Assembly: GCA_030390025.1 (NCBI GenBank) | Contig: CM059432.1 | Coordinates: 138,944,001 to 139,008,000 of the forward strand | Length of the DNA: 64,000 nucleotides | Source of the DNA: Squalus acanthias | Lineage: Eukaryota | Direction: 5' to 3' | Shown here: one piece after another, positions 36,925 through 49,138 of the stretch | Layout: each line of letters opens with the position of its first letter | How positions within the stretch are numbered: position 1 is the stretch's first letter | Position numbers and translations under genes: made by a program | The notes under the pieces: generated by a model | Databases searched by the model: none | What the model was told of the DNA's origin: nothing | Seen by the model: only the letters and a program-made list of their open reading frames with translations

Positions 36925-37262
36925 GCACATAATCCAGGCTGACACTCCCAGTGCCAGTACTGAGGGAGTGCTGCACTGCCAGAGGTGCCGTCTTTCGGTT
37001 GAGATGTTAAACCGAGGCCCCGTCTGCCCTCTCAGGTGGACGTGAAAGATCCCATGACACTATTTCGAAGAAGAGCAGGCGAGTTCTGGCCAATAATGGT
37101 CTCTCAATCTGCATCACTAAAAGCACAGATGGTCTGGTCATTATCTCACTGCTGTTTGCGGGACCTTGCTGCGCGTAAATTGGCTGTCGCGTTTCCTACA
37201 TTACAACAGTGACTACGTTACAAAAGTAAAGCACTTTGGGACGTTCCTGAGACGGTGACAGG
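36925..37262 (+). mobile_element. SacSINE1/DeuSINE-like SINE lacking its head
   Basis: Deu-like core gtactgagggagtgctgcactg..gaggtgccgtctttcgg. Confidence 0.85.
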
Positions 37263-37456
37263 CAAGAAAAAAATTGAGATTAAACTTGTAAATGAAGGGT
37301 TTTAAAATCAAATGGCAGCAGCACCTGCATTGCACTATAAAAATATACTGCCATCTTGATTATCAGTTTGAAACAACACTTTGAGCAGCCTTTCACCTGA
37401 AATTTTCAAGCCACTACTCGGACTTGAGAAAGCTTATGCAATTTAGAAGTGATGAA

Positions 37457-37595
37457 AGCTCTGATGAAAGGTCATCGGCCTGAAACGTTAACTCTGTTTC
37501 GCTCTCTACACAGATGCTGCCTGACCTGCCGAGTATTTTCCAGCATTTCGGTTTTTATTTCAGATTTCCAGCATCCGCAATATTTCTGCTTTTGT
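37457..37595 (+). mobile_element. Penelope-derived short repeat with a hammerhead ribozyme core
   Basis: agct-CTGATGA-aaggtc-atc-ggcct-GAA-ACGT-T-aact. Confidence 0.8.
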
Positions 37596-39140
37596 CTTAA
37601 TCTAGAAGTGACTTGTTTTCGATCGAGGACAAAAAAAAATGCGAGCTGTATTGATGAACAAAAAAAAAAGCAGACATTTTATGCACGCTGTAAACTACAG
37701 AGAAGGAGGAGAATGATGTAGAAAGCTGTTCATATTTTTGGAAAAATGAAATTGTCAGATTCACTGTTGACAATATAGCAAACCTCATCAATTTTCTGAT
37801 GGCTCTGAGAAATTTACTGTGAAATCTGTTGTCCCTGGAAGCATTTTATGATCCTTAACAGCTGCCGGAAGTCACTCAAAGCAACCTATATGCAAATGAT
37901 CATCTCACACCACAAAAAAAAAATGAACCACATGAAACAACTTATTCTTTATGTAAATAATGTGTTGCAATTAGATACCTGATTTTTCCTTCGGGGGAGT
38001 GGAAGCTTTGCATTCATTACAGGATTCCTTCCAAAGATCCAAAACGTAAGCCGTAAATTTAACTGTAGACTTTGTTGATTGCAATGTAAAAAGTACCCAA
38101 CATGGCTTTCAAATCTACTGAGCTAAAGATATTAATGTAAAAAGGAACATGCATCATAATTGTTGATGAGTGTTAAGTATTAACGTGAAATTGTGAAAGC
38201 AGTTGGCAAAATTGTTACAAAAGTCTCCCTTAGTGTCTCTTTCAGTTAACAGATTCTGAACATCTATTAATTAATTATCAGTGACTGTTTGATAACATCT
38301 GTATAAAGTCACCTCTAGCAGGTGCCTCACAGCTCTACAGCTGTATGTGTCAGTCAAAGAAGGAGCGTGTTTGAAGTAAGTTTGCTTACTGCAAAAATGA
38401 CACAAATCAGCACCATCAACCATTTTCTATCTTTTACGAAGGAAGACGTATAATAGAGCATTTCATTAGAGTAACAGGACAAATAACTGAAACCTTTTCA
38501 GAACAGAGTGCAACTACATTGGCATTACTACAAGGATCATAGAATGGTTACAGCAAAGAAGGAGGCCATTCAGCCCATGCCGGCTCTCTGCAAGCTAGTC
38601 CCACTCCCCCGCCCTTTCCCCAGGGCCCTGCAAATTTCTTTCCTTCAGATACTTATCCAATGCTCTTTTGAAAGCCACGACTGAATCTGCCTCCACCACC
38701 CTCTCAGGCAGTGCATTCCAGATCCTAACCACTCGCTGCATAAAAAAGTTTTTCCTCATGTCACCTTTGGTTCTTCTGCCAATCACCTTAAATCTGTGTC
38801 CTCTGGTTCTCGACCCTTCCGCCAATGGGAACAGTTTCTCTCTATTTACTCTGTCCAGACCCGTCATGATTTGAACACCTCTATCAAATCTCCTCTCAAC
38901 CTTCTTTGCTCCAAGGAGAACAACCCCAGCTTCTCCAGTCTATTCACGTAACTGAAGTCCCTCATCCCTGGAACCATTCTCGTAAATCTTTTCTGCACCC
39001 TCTCTAAGGCCTTCACATCCTTCCTAAAAATGCAGTGCCCAGAATTGGACACGATACTCCAGTTGAGGCCGAACCAGTGTTTTATAAAGGTTCGTCATAA
39101 CTTCCTTGCTTTTGTACTCTATACCTCTATTTATGAAGTC

Positions 39141-39276
39141 GATAGTAGCCATGATGTGGAGATGCCGGTGTTGGACTGGGGTGGACAAATGTGAGAAGTC
39201 GCACAACACCAGGTTATAGTCCAACAGTTTTATTTGAAATCACAAGCTTTCGGAGCGCTGCTCCTTCGTCAGGTGA
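39141..39276 (-). mobile_element. Short element of a second Penelope-type family with an intact minimal type I hammerhead motif
   Basis: Minus strand reads tcac-CTGACGA-aggagc-agc-gctcc-GAA-AGCT-T-gtga. It is flanked by the direct repeat tgaagtc (39134-39140 and 39274-39280), and removing it restores the CR1. Confidence 0.8.
39240..39276 (-). ncRNA. Minimal type I hammerhead ribozyme motif
   Basis: Stem I tcac/gtga, CUGANGA and GAAA cores, 5-bp stem II, palindromic AGCU stem III and a CUU cleavage triplet. Activity is untested. Confidence 0.7.
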
Positions 39277-39349
39277 AGTCCAGGATCCCGTATGCTTTTT
39301 AACCGCTTTCTCCACCTGCCCTGCCACCTTCAATGATTTGTGCACCTAA

Positions 39350-40215
39350 AGCAACTTGCATTTATATTGTGCCTTTAACGTAGTAAAACATCCCAAGGTG
39401 CTTCACAGGAGCGTTATCGGACAATATCTGACACTGAGCCACATAAGGAGATATTAGAACAGGTGACCAAAAGTTTGGTCAAAGAGGTAGGTTTTAAGGA
39501 GCATCTCAAAGGAGGACAGAGAGGCAAGAGAGGCGGAGCAGTTAAGGGAGGGAATTCCAGAGCTTAGGGCCCAGGCAGCTGAAGGCAATGGTGGAGCAAT
39601 GAAGATTGAGCACGTGCAAGAGGCCAGGATAGCAGGAGCGTAGAGACCTTGGAGGGTTATAGGGCTGGAGGAGGATACAGAGATAGGGAGATAGAGGACT
39701 GGGAGCCAATGTAGGTCAACAAAGATAGTAAAGGGAACATGATGCGGGATTAGATACAGGCAGCAAAGCTTTGGATGAGCTGGGGTTTACGGAGGATGGG
39801 AAGCCGGCCAGGAGAGCATTGGTGTAGATGAGTCTGCAGGTGACAAAGGTATGTACAAGGGTTTCAACCATAGATGGGCTGAGGTAGGGATAGAGGCAGG
39901 TGAAGTTCCAGATTTACCAATGAACCATAGCAGTTTATAGCACAGAAGGCAGCTATTTGTCTAATAATTCTTGTGCCTACTTTTTGCTGGAGCAATCCAA
40001 AACTAATCCCACTGCCCCAAACTCTCCCCATAATCTTACTCTGCTTCAATTTTCCCTCAACAAGTGCAATGGTCTTTGCTTTAAAGCGTGGAAGTAAGGC
40101 AGTCCTCATGATGGAGAGATTATGGGGTCAGAACTCAACTCAGGTTCGAATAGGACACCAAGGTTGCAAACCGCCTAGTTCAGCCTGAGACAGTGGCCAG
40201 GTTGGAGTCAGTGAG
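39350..40215 (-). mobile_element. L2-clade LINE 3' region, increasingly decayed and interrupted towards higher coordinates
   Basis: aacttgcatttatattgtgcc tail and gagggaattccagagcttagggccc. Confidence 0.7.
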
Positions 40216-40273
40216 TTACATATTATTAAAGGCACAGAATAATAATATGATGAACGCAAAAAGAAAAATGACA

Positions 40274-41637
40274 ATGGCCCAGATTTTGAGTTGGAATAAC
40301 GGTGAGGCTATCAGCACTCACCATTATTATGGAGTAAATCGGACAGCAACTTCCGGAGTCCGCACATGCGCAGTTAAACGCGGAAATCGCTGTCTGAGTT
40401 ACCTTGCTCCTCCACAGGCTGCGCTATACCTTGCTGATAGACTTGGCATTGAAATCCATGTAAGGGCGTGAAGTTGCTGTACTTACCCACTATTACCCAC
40501 TAGACACGGCAGAAAAAGTTAGGGCTTGTGCATTCGGGTGTAAGTGAATTTTTAATGGCGTGATAAGTCATAATTACTGCCAAACAACCTCTCTGGCCCT
40601 GAAAGTTTACTATTACAAGTGTGGAGTTTCATTCCATCAGAATTTAATTAGTGTTGGAAATTTGAAAAAAAATTAAAATATTTTTTTTTTCTTTGTCTCT
40701 TTTAACTCTCTCTCTTAATCCCATCTTTAATTCCCTCTCATTTATTTCACTTTCTGTACATGATTTTACAATGAATTAACTCTAATTTATACTACCTGGT
40801 TTAGACTCTGCGTGTCTCAGTGAGGAGTCTTCAATCTGGCTACTTCCACCTACGTAACATCGCCCAACTCCACCCCTGCTTCAGCTCATCTGCGGCTGAA
40901 ACACTCTTCCTTGCCTTTGTTAGCTCTAGACTTGACTATTCCAATGCTCTCCTGGCCGGCCTCCCATCATCCACCCTCCATAAACTTGAGCTTATCCAAA
41001 ACTCTGCTGCCCATATCCTAACTCGCACCAAGTCCCGTTCACCCATCGCCCCTGTGCTCGCTGACCTACATTGGCTCCTGGTCTGCCATCACCTCAATCT
41101 TAATATTCTCATCCTTGTTTTCAAATCCCTCCATGGCCTTGCCCCACCCTATCTCTGTAACCTCCTCCATCCCTACAACCCTCTGAGAACACTGCGCTCC
41201 TCCAATTTTTGCCTCTTGTGCATCCCCCATTTTATTTGCTCTATCATTGGCAGCTGTGCTTTCAGCTGCCTGGGCCCTAAACTCTGGAATTCTCTCCCTA
41301 AACCTCTCCACCTCTCTCTCCTCCTTTAATATGCTCCTTAAAACCTACCTCTATGATCAAACTCATCTGTCCTAATAGCCCCTTGTGGGGCTCGGTGTCA
41401 AGTTTTGTTTGAGAACGCTCCTGTGGAGCACCTTGGGATGTCTTACTATGTTAAAAGGCGCTATATAAATGCAAGTTGTTGTTGATTGGTTGAAGAGCCA
41501 CGCTGTTGCTTGCCACAGATCCCCTGTAGAGGGCGCCACACTGAATCAGACACGTGATGACAGCATGTTGCCGCTCAAAAGCCCAGGAAAAACGGCAAGT
41601 GCCGTTCCTTCACCGCTGACCACAAAATCCGGGCCAA
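40274..41637. mobile_element. Harbinger-like non-autonomous DNA transposon containing an L2 insertion
   Basis: TIRs tggcccagattttg / caaaatccgggcca, with an AT-rich core like the 15873 element. Confidence 0.75.
40838..41483 (+). mobile_element. L2-clade LINE 3' fragment
   Basis: YFHLRNIA..AFVSSRLDYSNALLAGLP..LIQNSAA..LHWL..LWNSLP, the classic L2 ORF2 C-terminus. Confidence 0.92.
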
Positions 41638-43056
41638 TATAGCAACACGCCTAACCCTAGATTATCTGATTGGCGAGATTTAACTTTGGCAGTTACCCAT
41701 TTAAAACATACAACTAGGGCTAAAATAATGTTAATTGGAAAATCGAAGTTATCATCTCGAACAGGGCAAGTCTCAAATTGTGAACCTTAACAGATTATCA
41801 CTACCCTTGTGGGATTCAAAGATGTACATCGGATCTGGCTCCAAAAGCATGAGACCACAATTGACACAGGTCATTGGATGCATGAAGCAGGGCTTCTGAC
41901 GAAGATCCCAAGTGTCTGTAGTAATTACTGTAATGAAGAGCTAACTTACACTACTATTTACATGATCATTGATTTCATTTCGAAACCAAAAGCCTAGAAA
42001 TTACTGTTAGCAAAACCAAAGCCATCGGCGACCAGAAGTATTTTTGTCTGTGTTACTTTATTTTTGTCAACAGGGTTTAACTCCAGCCTCTTTTTAACTG
42101 TTTATGTAAGGTATAGGAATCTAGATTGTGGTCTAGCAAACCAAAAGCCAGGCTTCTATCAAACAAAGGAAAGTTTAAATGCTAATAGTGAGTGACTGCA
42201 GACTGATTGGTGTCAGTCTGTCTGTCAAATAGTGCCTTTGCTAGCTGGCTGGACAATGAATAAATGGCCAATCATCACAAGCAGTTCCGGTTATTTGGCA
42301 CAGATCAAGGGATTGTACCAGCTTGTGAATGACAGCTGTGTCTGAGGCCTGTGAGAAGGGGCAGGATCAGTGATTGGCTGTCGTGGTTGGCTGTTTGTAG
42401 TGTGGGTTTATCTGGGGCAATGGGTAACCAGATCACCAGTCAGTCTGAAGTCAGCAGAGAGACTGTGCAAAGTCAGTGACGACGTAGTAAGATTTTCAAC
42501 AGAAGTGAACACCGGTGACTGTATCTTTTGGGACAGCGCGGGAGAAACAACCATATTAAGAAGGGCAGTAAGGTGAATCATTACTGTAAAAATACTTCTA
42601 TGTACTGTTCATGTACCTATTTTATGTTAAATAACTTGTTTGTTCGCTTATAGCTTAAGCCTTGGTTTGCTGGAATGAAGAGAAAAAGGATCACATGGTG
42701 ATGTGGGTCCAATTTCAGTAACCCACTGTACACCGTTTAATCCTCGAGTGTCTATTGATCCCTGGGTCACACTATTGTTTATTAAATATTAGGCATAACA
42801 ACAAACTCTGGATCATAAGGGATGCAAAGTCTAATTATGTGAATGGTTATTGATGCTGAACATGGATACAATATCTTGCATAAAACCCAAAAACATATAA
42901 TTTATTTTGACTGCTATGTGCTTTTGGTCTTGACTCCATCGATCTCCTTGCTGCCTTCTCAGGTTGAGTCGAGAGGTTTCGACTGTACAACTCTGAGCTC
43001 AGCTTCCTCCTCCCGCCCCCGCCCACCCACCCCCATCCACCAGCCCACAATTGTAG

Positions 43057-43371
43057 TTTTCTTTATTTGGCTCTTGGGATATGGGCGACCCTGGCTAAGG
43101 CAACACGCCTTCCCCATCCTGAGAGTCCATTAAGGGGATTACAATAGACCAGAATGGGGAGGGGTGGCGGGTTCTCTTCCCTGAAGGTGGACCATGTGGT
43201 CCAGGTGTGTGTGAACCAGCTGGGTTTTTACAACAATTCAGCAGCTTTCGTGGTTATTGTTTTCTGGTGCTGAGCCACAAATTACCAGAGTTATTGAATG
43301 CAAATAGCAACGGTGAGATTGGAACCTCTGGCTTGCCATTGTTGTGCCATAACCCCTACACAGCTGTGCCC
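43057..43371 (-). mobile_element. Diverged SINE sharing its head with 47084-47390 and its tail with the second LINE family
   Basis: Minus strand reads gggcacagctgtgtaggggtta..ggttccaatctc..ttgtaaaaacccagctggttcac..ccttcagggaag..ttagccagggtcgcccatatcccaagagccaaataaagaaaa. Confidence 0.65.
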
Positions 43372-43479
43372 ATGTGTCATAATCAAAATCTGAGTCCATG
43401 CCTTTATCACCCCAACATTTCCAAGTTGGCCCTAACCCTTCTAACTCCACAAGTTACAACTCATTCAAAACACTGCAGC

Positions 43480-43800
43480 CCATAATTCTCACGCATATTC
43501 GCATCATCCTCCATCTTCTCCAAACTCCACTGGCTCCCAATGCCCCAGCAAGGTGACTTTAAAACCTTCATTCTCGCTTTCAAATCCCTCCACAGCTAGA
43601 ATTTTGCCTTAGTGATCTCCTCCAGCCTTGTATTGCCACACCCTCCGCTCCTCTAACACACCGCGCTGGTCCTTGTCGCCCACTCCCTCCACTCCACTAT
43701 TGGTGACCGTTCATTCAACCACTATTCCCTGCCTGGTTCCCTCCACCTCCCTGCTTTGAAAATGTCCTCCAAAACCCTTCTCTTTGGCCTGCCTTCAGTC
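43480..43800 (+). mobile_element. Old L2 3' remnant
   Basis: ctccactggctccc..tttaaaaccttcattctcgctttcaaatccctccac. Confidence 0.6.
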
Positions 43801-44789
43801 CCTCTCTCTAACCCTCTTGCTTTTTCCCTTGACCAATACAACTTGATGTTTACGGTTTTGTTTTCCTTCATGTAAAGCATTTTCCTGCACATGGGGATCA
43901 TGATTGAAATGAATGTTACTGCTGTACATTTAATGGATTAGTATGACATTCCTATCTCTAGTATTGTAGCAGAGGTGTTAGCTCATTTAAAATAAATAGG
44001 TTAATGCCTGTATTAAAACAGCAGACAAATTAATATCATTCAAATCTGATAAGCATTCATCTGCTAATATCACCAAAAGTAATTTCTAGACTCGAAAAGT
44101 ATAGCGGTATAGCAACAGACAGCCTCAAAAAAGAGTCAAGGAAGAAGTAGTTTATTTTGTTAACACATTACCACAATGTACATGATTCAACATTAATTTT
44201 CTGTCCAATTTAGTGGGGCATATTCCCCAATGAAAAATAGTGTGCACATCATAAAATAATTCGATATTTATAAATAGTCCACTCTAAAATGCTGGAACAT
44301 GCACAACATTTCTGGGAATGCTTGGCCCCAGACCCTCCCCTGGACAATAAATCCCGTACGTCATGTACTGGATACCCATTTCTAGAATTGCCCCCATACT
44401 GGGTCTCTAAACCTGCCCTGTGTATTTACAGCCATATCAACTACTCGCTGGGAGAAAAGATAGATTTACTGATATTGGCAGCGGGACAAACAACTATCTT
44501 CAGATGACAAGAGATGATGGCAGTGCCGAGAAAGCCACGTTTAACGGGGAAGGAGGACTCAAGTCCATTGTAAGGCAACTTCAATATCAAACTAAATAGC
44601 AGACTGAGTAATGTATTGAAGAAAAAAAAGCAGCATCAGCACATGTGCATCTACGTATTACGTGTGCCTGGAATGAACAGCAAAACCAATTGTTTAGAAG
44701 AGTGGGTGTTACATGCACCATCATCCTCAGTCCCTCAAGGAACAAATAGTCATAGTCTGGAGGCTTCAGTTTCATTTTTAATAAATATA

Positions 44790-44920
44790 AGTTCTGACAA
44801 AGGGTACGACCCGAAACGTTGACTCCGTTTCTCCTCTCTTCGATGCTGCCTGACCTGCTGAGTGTTTCCAGCACTTTCTGTTGTTATTTCAGATTTCCAG
44901 CATCCGCAGTATTTTGCTAT
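44790..44920 (+). mobile_element. Penelope-derived short repeat with a mutated hammerhead core, followed by an L2 fragment (44925-45080, -)
   Basis: agtt-CTGACAA-agggt-acg-accc-GAA-ACGT-T-gact (G8 position changed to A). Confidence 0.75.
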
Positions 44921-45830
44921 TAAGAAAGTTTGACGCGGAACCACTTAAGGAGATATTAGGACAGGTGACCAAAAGCTTGGTCAAAAAGATAGGTTTTAAG
45001 GAATGTCTTAAAGGAGGAGAGAGAGCTAGCAAGACGGAGAGGTTTAGGGAGGGAATTCCAGAGCTTCGGGCCTGGAATTCCAGTGTAGGAGGCACACTGT
45101 GAGCATTTTGTGAGCTAAACCTGGATGTCAGATATATGGATTATTATTTTTGGCAAGGCCAACTTGCAGAACGACTGCGATGACCTTTCAATGGATGGTC
45201 TTTTCATAAAATGCAATTGTTGATTTCCAAGTATACATTACCCGATCTCCTGCAGTGTTAATCACACGTAGTCTGGGTCTGGAGCACCATTGTCATGTTT
45301 AGCCACAAACCCAGCCTGTCCCTTATAGGGGCTCTGGGAATTCAGGTAATTGTAGCTGCTCGAAAATTCCTGGGGTCAGTTCAGTTAGAGGTCCGCAAAT
45401 TGTTCCAGGTCAGAAGAAGCTAGGATAATGTGCCTTTCTTTTTAAAAAAAGAATGTTTTACATCTGCAACAAAGTACAGATGTCTGGAACGTGACGTACA
45501 TGCAGTGGACACAAGACTTGAACAGCGAATCCTCCATGGCACACTGCGGTCACAGTAGGTTGCAGGGTATGCTGTTATTTTATAAGAATAGGAGCGTTAT
45601 ACCATTTAATGAACAAGGTATTATTCTGTTGTTGAAGTGTAACGCCATCTCCTGATGACAACAAGGTGTAATTGCTGAGCCTGGCGCAGGTTACTTAGAC
45701 TCGGATTAACCTGAGAATCTGCGAAGACCAATTAGAGGCCAGGTAACACTCTCCCGCCCGCTCCCCCCAACACCCCCACCCCACCCCGAAATCAATTAGA
45801 AGGTATTTTCTGTACATCTTCAGTCAATTA

Positions 45831-46084
45831 CAGTAAACTCTTTCGTATCCGGCACCTACGGGACCAGGATGGTGCCGGTTGATGAAAAATTCTGGATAAC
45901 AGAGAGGTAGGCAATTTTTAAACACAAAAAAAATATAAACCACTGACTAACTCGGCCACCACGGGAAACTCGGACTCGGAAAAATGAGTGCTGGATGGAT
46001 TCGGCAAGATTACCGGTTATCTATTTTGCCGGTTATTAAAGAATTCCAGATGATTAAGTGCTGTTTAAACAAGAGAGTTTACTG
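45831..46084. mobile_element. Tc1/mariner (Tigger/pogo-like) MITE
   Basis: TIRs cagtaaactct / agagtttactg, each flanked by TA. Confidence 0.85.
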
Positions 46085-46309
46085 TACATAGAATTTATAG
46101 CACGGAAACATGCCATTGAACCAATGAGGTCTATGCTGGTGTTTATGCTACGCACAAGCCTCCTACAACCTTACTTCATCTCACTCTGTCAACGATTAGA
46201 GACTGATTAATCTTAAAAGACGCATACGTCAATTGAGAATGAAAACAAAAGTAACAGAAATTTGCACACGTGATCCCTGAAGTGTGGCAGGCAGGCATAC
46301 ACATGCATG

Positions 46310-46409
46310 CATGGTGCACACGCATCTACCATGGCATTGCTTATGGAGAGTCACATTGCCATGGTGCACACACATCTACCATGGCATTGCTTACGGAGAG
46401 TCACATTGC
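46310..46409 (+). repeat. Two-copy 50-bp tandem duplication
   Basis: catggtgcacacRcatctaccatggcattgcttaYggagagtcacattgc occurs twice with 2 mismatches. Confidence 0.95.
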
Positions 46410-46444
46410 TGGGGTGAAGGGTGGTGGGGGGGTGGGGTTTGCTG

Positions 46445-46780
46445 GGGTATGGACGTGAATTCCTTCAAGCGAGAGCTGGACCGGTTTCTGGCTGGGGCGG
46501 AGATCACCTCTTACAGAAGGTAGGTACAGCAAGGAATTCAGGGCCAGAGTGATCTCCTGGACTAGCTTCGATCACCGAGATGGGTCGCAGAGGAATTTCC
46601 CAGATTTTTTCCCCCAAATTGGCCGAGGTATTTTTATCTGTTTTTTTGCCTCTCTCAGATCATCACATGGTTTCGGGTGGGGTGGAGTGAATATGTTGTG
46701 ATACATAAGGCATCGCAATTGCGTGGGACAGGCTCGATGGACCAGAGGGTCTTTACCTGTCCATCACTCTTTGTATGTTC
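46445..46780 (+). mobile_element. CR1-like 3' end with a distinct long 3' UTR
   Basis: ttcaagcgagagctggaccggttt..ctcgatggaccagagggtctttacctgtcc..tgtatgttcg. Part of it recurs at 54290-54342. Confidence 0.55.
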
Positions 46781-47083
46781 GGAATATCGGGCTGAACATT
46801 TCCACTGAAGCAATTTAGAAAGACGTTTGTTCGAGACATTGAAGTGCTTTTTTGATTGGTACTGGATGGAAAGTAAATGTGTTGTCTTTTCCTTATCCAC
46901 TGCAGACAGATAAAATACACTTGTACCATCTCTACGTAAATAAATTTCTTCCCGCGATATGGGAGAGTGGCCCTTTACTGCTCACCTGTTTAGGGTTTTC
47001 ATTTTTATAGTGAACACCAAACAACACATAAATCTTATGCAAATATTAAGCTAATTTGAAAATGTCTTTCTTTTATCTCTTAA

Positions 47084-48485
47084 GGGAACGGTAGTGTAGT
47101 GGTAATGTCACTGGGCTAGTAATCCAGAGGCCTGGACTAATGATCCAGAGACCTGAGCTGGGGAATTTAAATTCAGTTAATTAAATAAATCTGGAATAAT
47201 TACTAGTATCAGTAATGATAACCATGAAACTATCGGATTGTCGTAAAAACCCACCTGGTTCACTAATGTCCTTTAGGGAAGGAAATCTGCCGTCCTTACC
47301 TGGTCTGGCCTATATGTGACTCCAGACCCACAGCAATGTGGTTGACTCTTAACTGCCCTCTGAAATGGCCTAGCAAACCACTCAGTTGTAACAAACCGCT
47401 ACAATAAACAATAAAAAGAATGAAACCGGACGGACCATCCTGCATCGACCTCGGCACCGGCTACGGACACGGCAACGGCACACCCAGCCCAGTCGACCCT
47501 GCAAAGTCCTCCTCACCAACATCTGGGGACTTGTGCCAAAATTAGGAGAGCTGTCCCACAGACTAGTCAAGCAACAGCCTGACATAGTCATACTCACAGA
47601 ATCATGCCTTTAAGCCAATGTCCCGAACTCCTCCATCACCATCCTTGGGCGTGTCCTGTCCCACCGGCAGGACAGGCCCACCAGGGGTGGCGGCACAGTG
47701 GTATACAGTCGGGAAGGAGTGCCATAGAAATGCCAGGCAATGACTATCTCCAACAAGCGAGAGTCTAACCACCGCTCCTTGACATTCAATGGCATTACCA
47801 TCGCTGAATCCCCCACCTAAACATCCTGGGGGTCACCATTGACTAGAAACCTAACTGGACCAGCCACATAAATACTGTGGCAACAAGAGCAGGTCAGAGG
47901 CTAGGTATTCTGCGGCGAGTGTCTCACCTCCTGACTCCCCAAAGCCTTTCTACCATCTACAAGGCACAAGTAAGGAGTGTGATAGAATACTCTCCGCTTG
48001 CCTGGATGACTGCAGCTCCAACAACACTCAAGAAGCTCGACACCATCCAGGACAAAGCAGCCTGCTTGACTGGCACCCCATCTACCACCTTAAACAGTCA
48101 CTCCCTCCACCACCGGCGTACCGTGGCTGCAGTGTGTACCATCTACAAGATGCACTGCAGCAACTTGCCAAGGCTTCTTCGGCAGCACCTCCCAAACCCG
48201 CGACCTCTTCCACCTAGAAGGACAAGGGCAACAAGCGCGTGGGAACACCACCACCTCCTAGTTCCCCTCCAAGTCACACACCATCCTGACTTAGAAGTAT
48301 ATCGCTGATCCTTCATCGTCGCTGGATCAAAATCCTGGAACTCCCTCCCTAACAGCACTGTGGGAGCACCTTCACCACACGGACTGCAGTGGTTCAAGAA
48401 GGCGGCTCACCACCACCTTCTCAAGGGCAATAAATGCTGGCCTTGCCAGCGACGCCCACATCCCATAAATGAATTTAAAAAAAAA
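47084..48485 (+). mobile_element. Internally deleted LINE of the second family with a tRNA/SINE-like 5' end
   Basis: A-box-like tagtgtagtgg head and SINE-like body, then the EN start (VPKLGELSHRLVKQQPDIVILTES). A junction at about 47723 jumps to the post-RT region (KCQAMTISNKRE..EYSPLAW), followed by the tail and poly(A). Confidence 0.85.
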
Positions 48486-48756
48486 CCAGATCTAAGTAAA
48501 TGTAAATGTTTAAAATCAGGACTTCTGGTGAGAACCTCCCTCCAAACTTGAATAATGGTGCAATCCTTGGACTTGTAACTGTTCATATGAACAGCAGCAC
48601 TTTTGAGTTCGGAATATAAAAAGATTTTTTTTTTTTTTAAAGGAACAGGTGTAACCATTTAGAATACATAATAAAATATAAGGACCCATTCTAAGTTGTT
48701 CCACCAGAGTATTTCTCCATTTGTCAAATTTCTCAGTAACTGTCTCATGGTTAAGC

Positions 48757-49138
48757 AATTTTAAAATTCTCATCCTTGTTTTCAAATTCCTCCATGACCT
48801 TGTCCCTCCCTATCTCTGTAACTATCCTCCAGCCCTACAACCCTCCCAGATCTCTGTGCTCCTCCAATTCTGGCCTCGAGCATCCCTGATTTTAATCACT
48901 CCACCATTGGCGGCCGTGCCTTCAGCTGCCAAGGCCCTAAGCTCTGTAAATCCCTCCCTAAACCTCTCTGCCTCTCTCTCCTCCTTTAAGACGCTCCTTA
49001 AAATCTACCTCTATGGCCAAACTCATTTGCACTAATATCTCATGTGGCTCGGTATCAAATTTTGTTGGATAACGCACCTGTGAAGTGCCTTGGGACGTTT
49101 TACTACATTAAAGGCGCTATATAACTAGAAGTTGTTGT
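48757..49138 (+). mobile_element. L2-clade LINE 3' end
   Basis: FKILILVFKFLHDL.PPYL and tail. Confidence 0.85.

Larger units (their letters stand above)
38535..39345 (-). mobile_element. CR1 3' fragment interrupted by a hammerhead-bearing insert
   Basis: RVQKRFTRMVPGM..RGDLIEVFK..RKNFFMQRVVRIWNALP. Confidence 0.9.
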
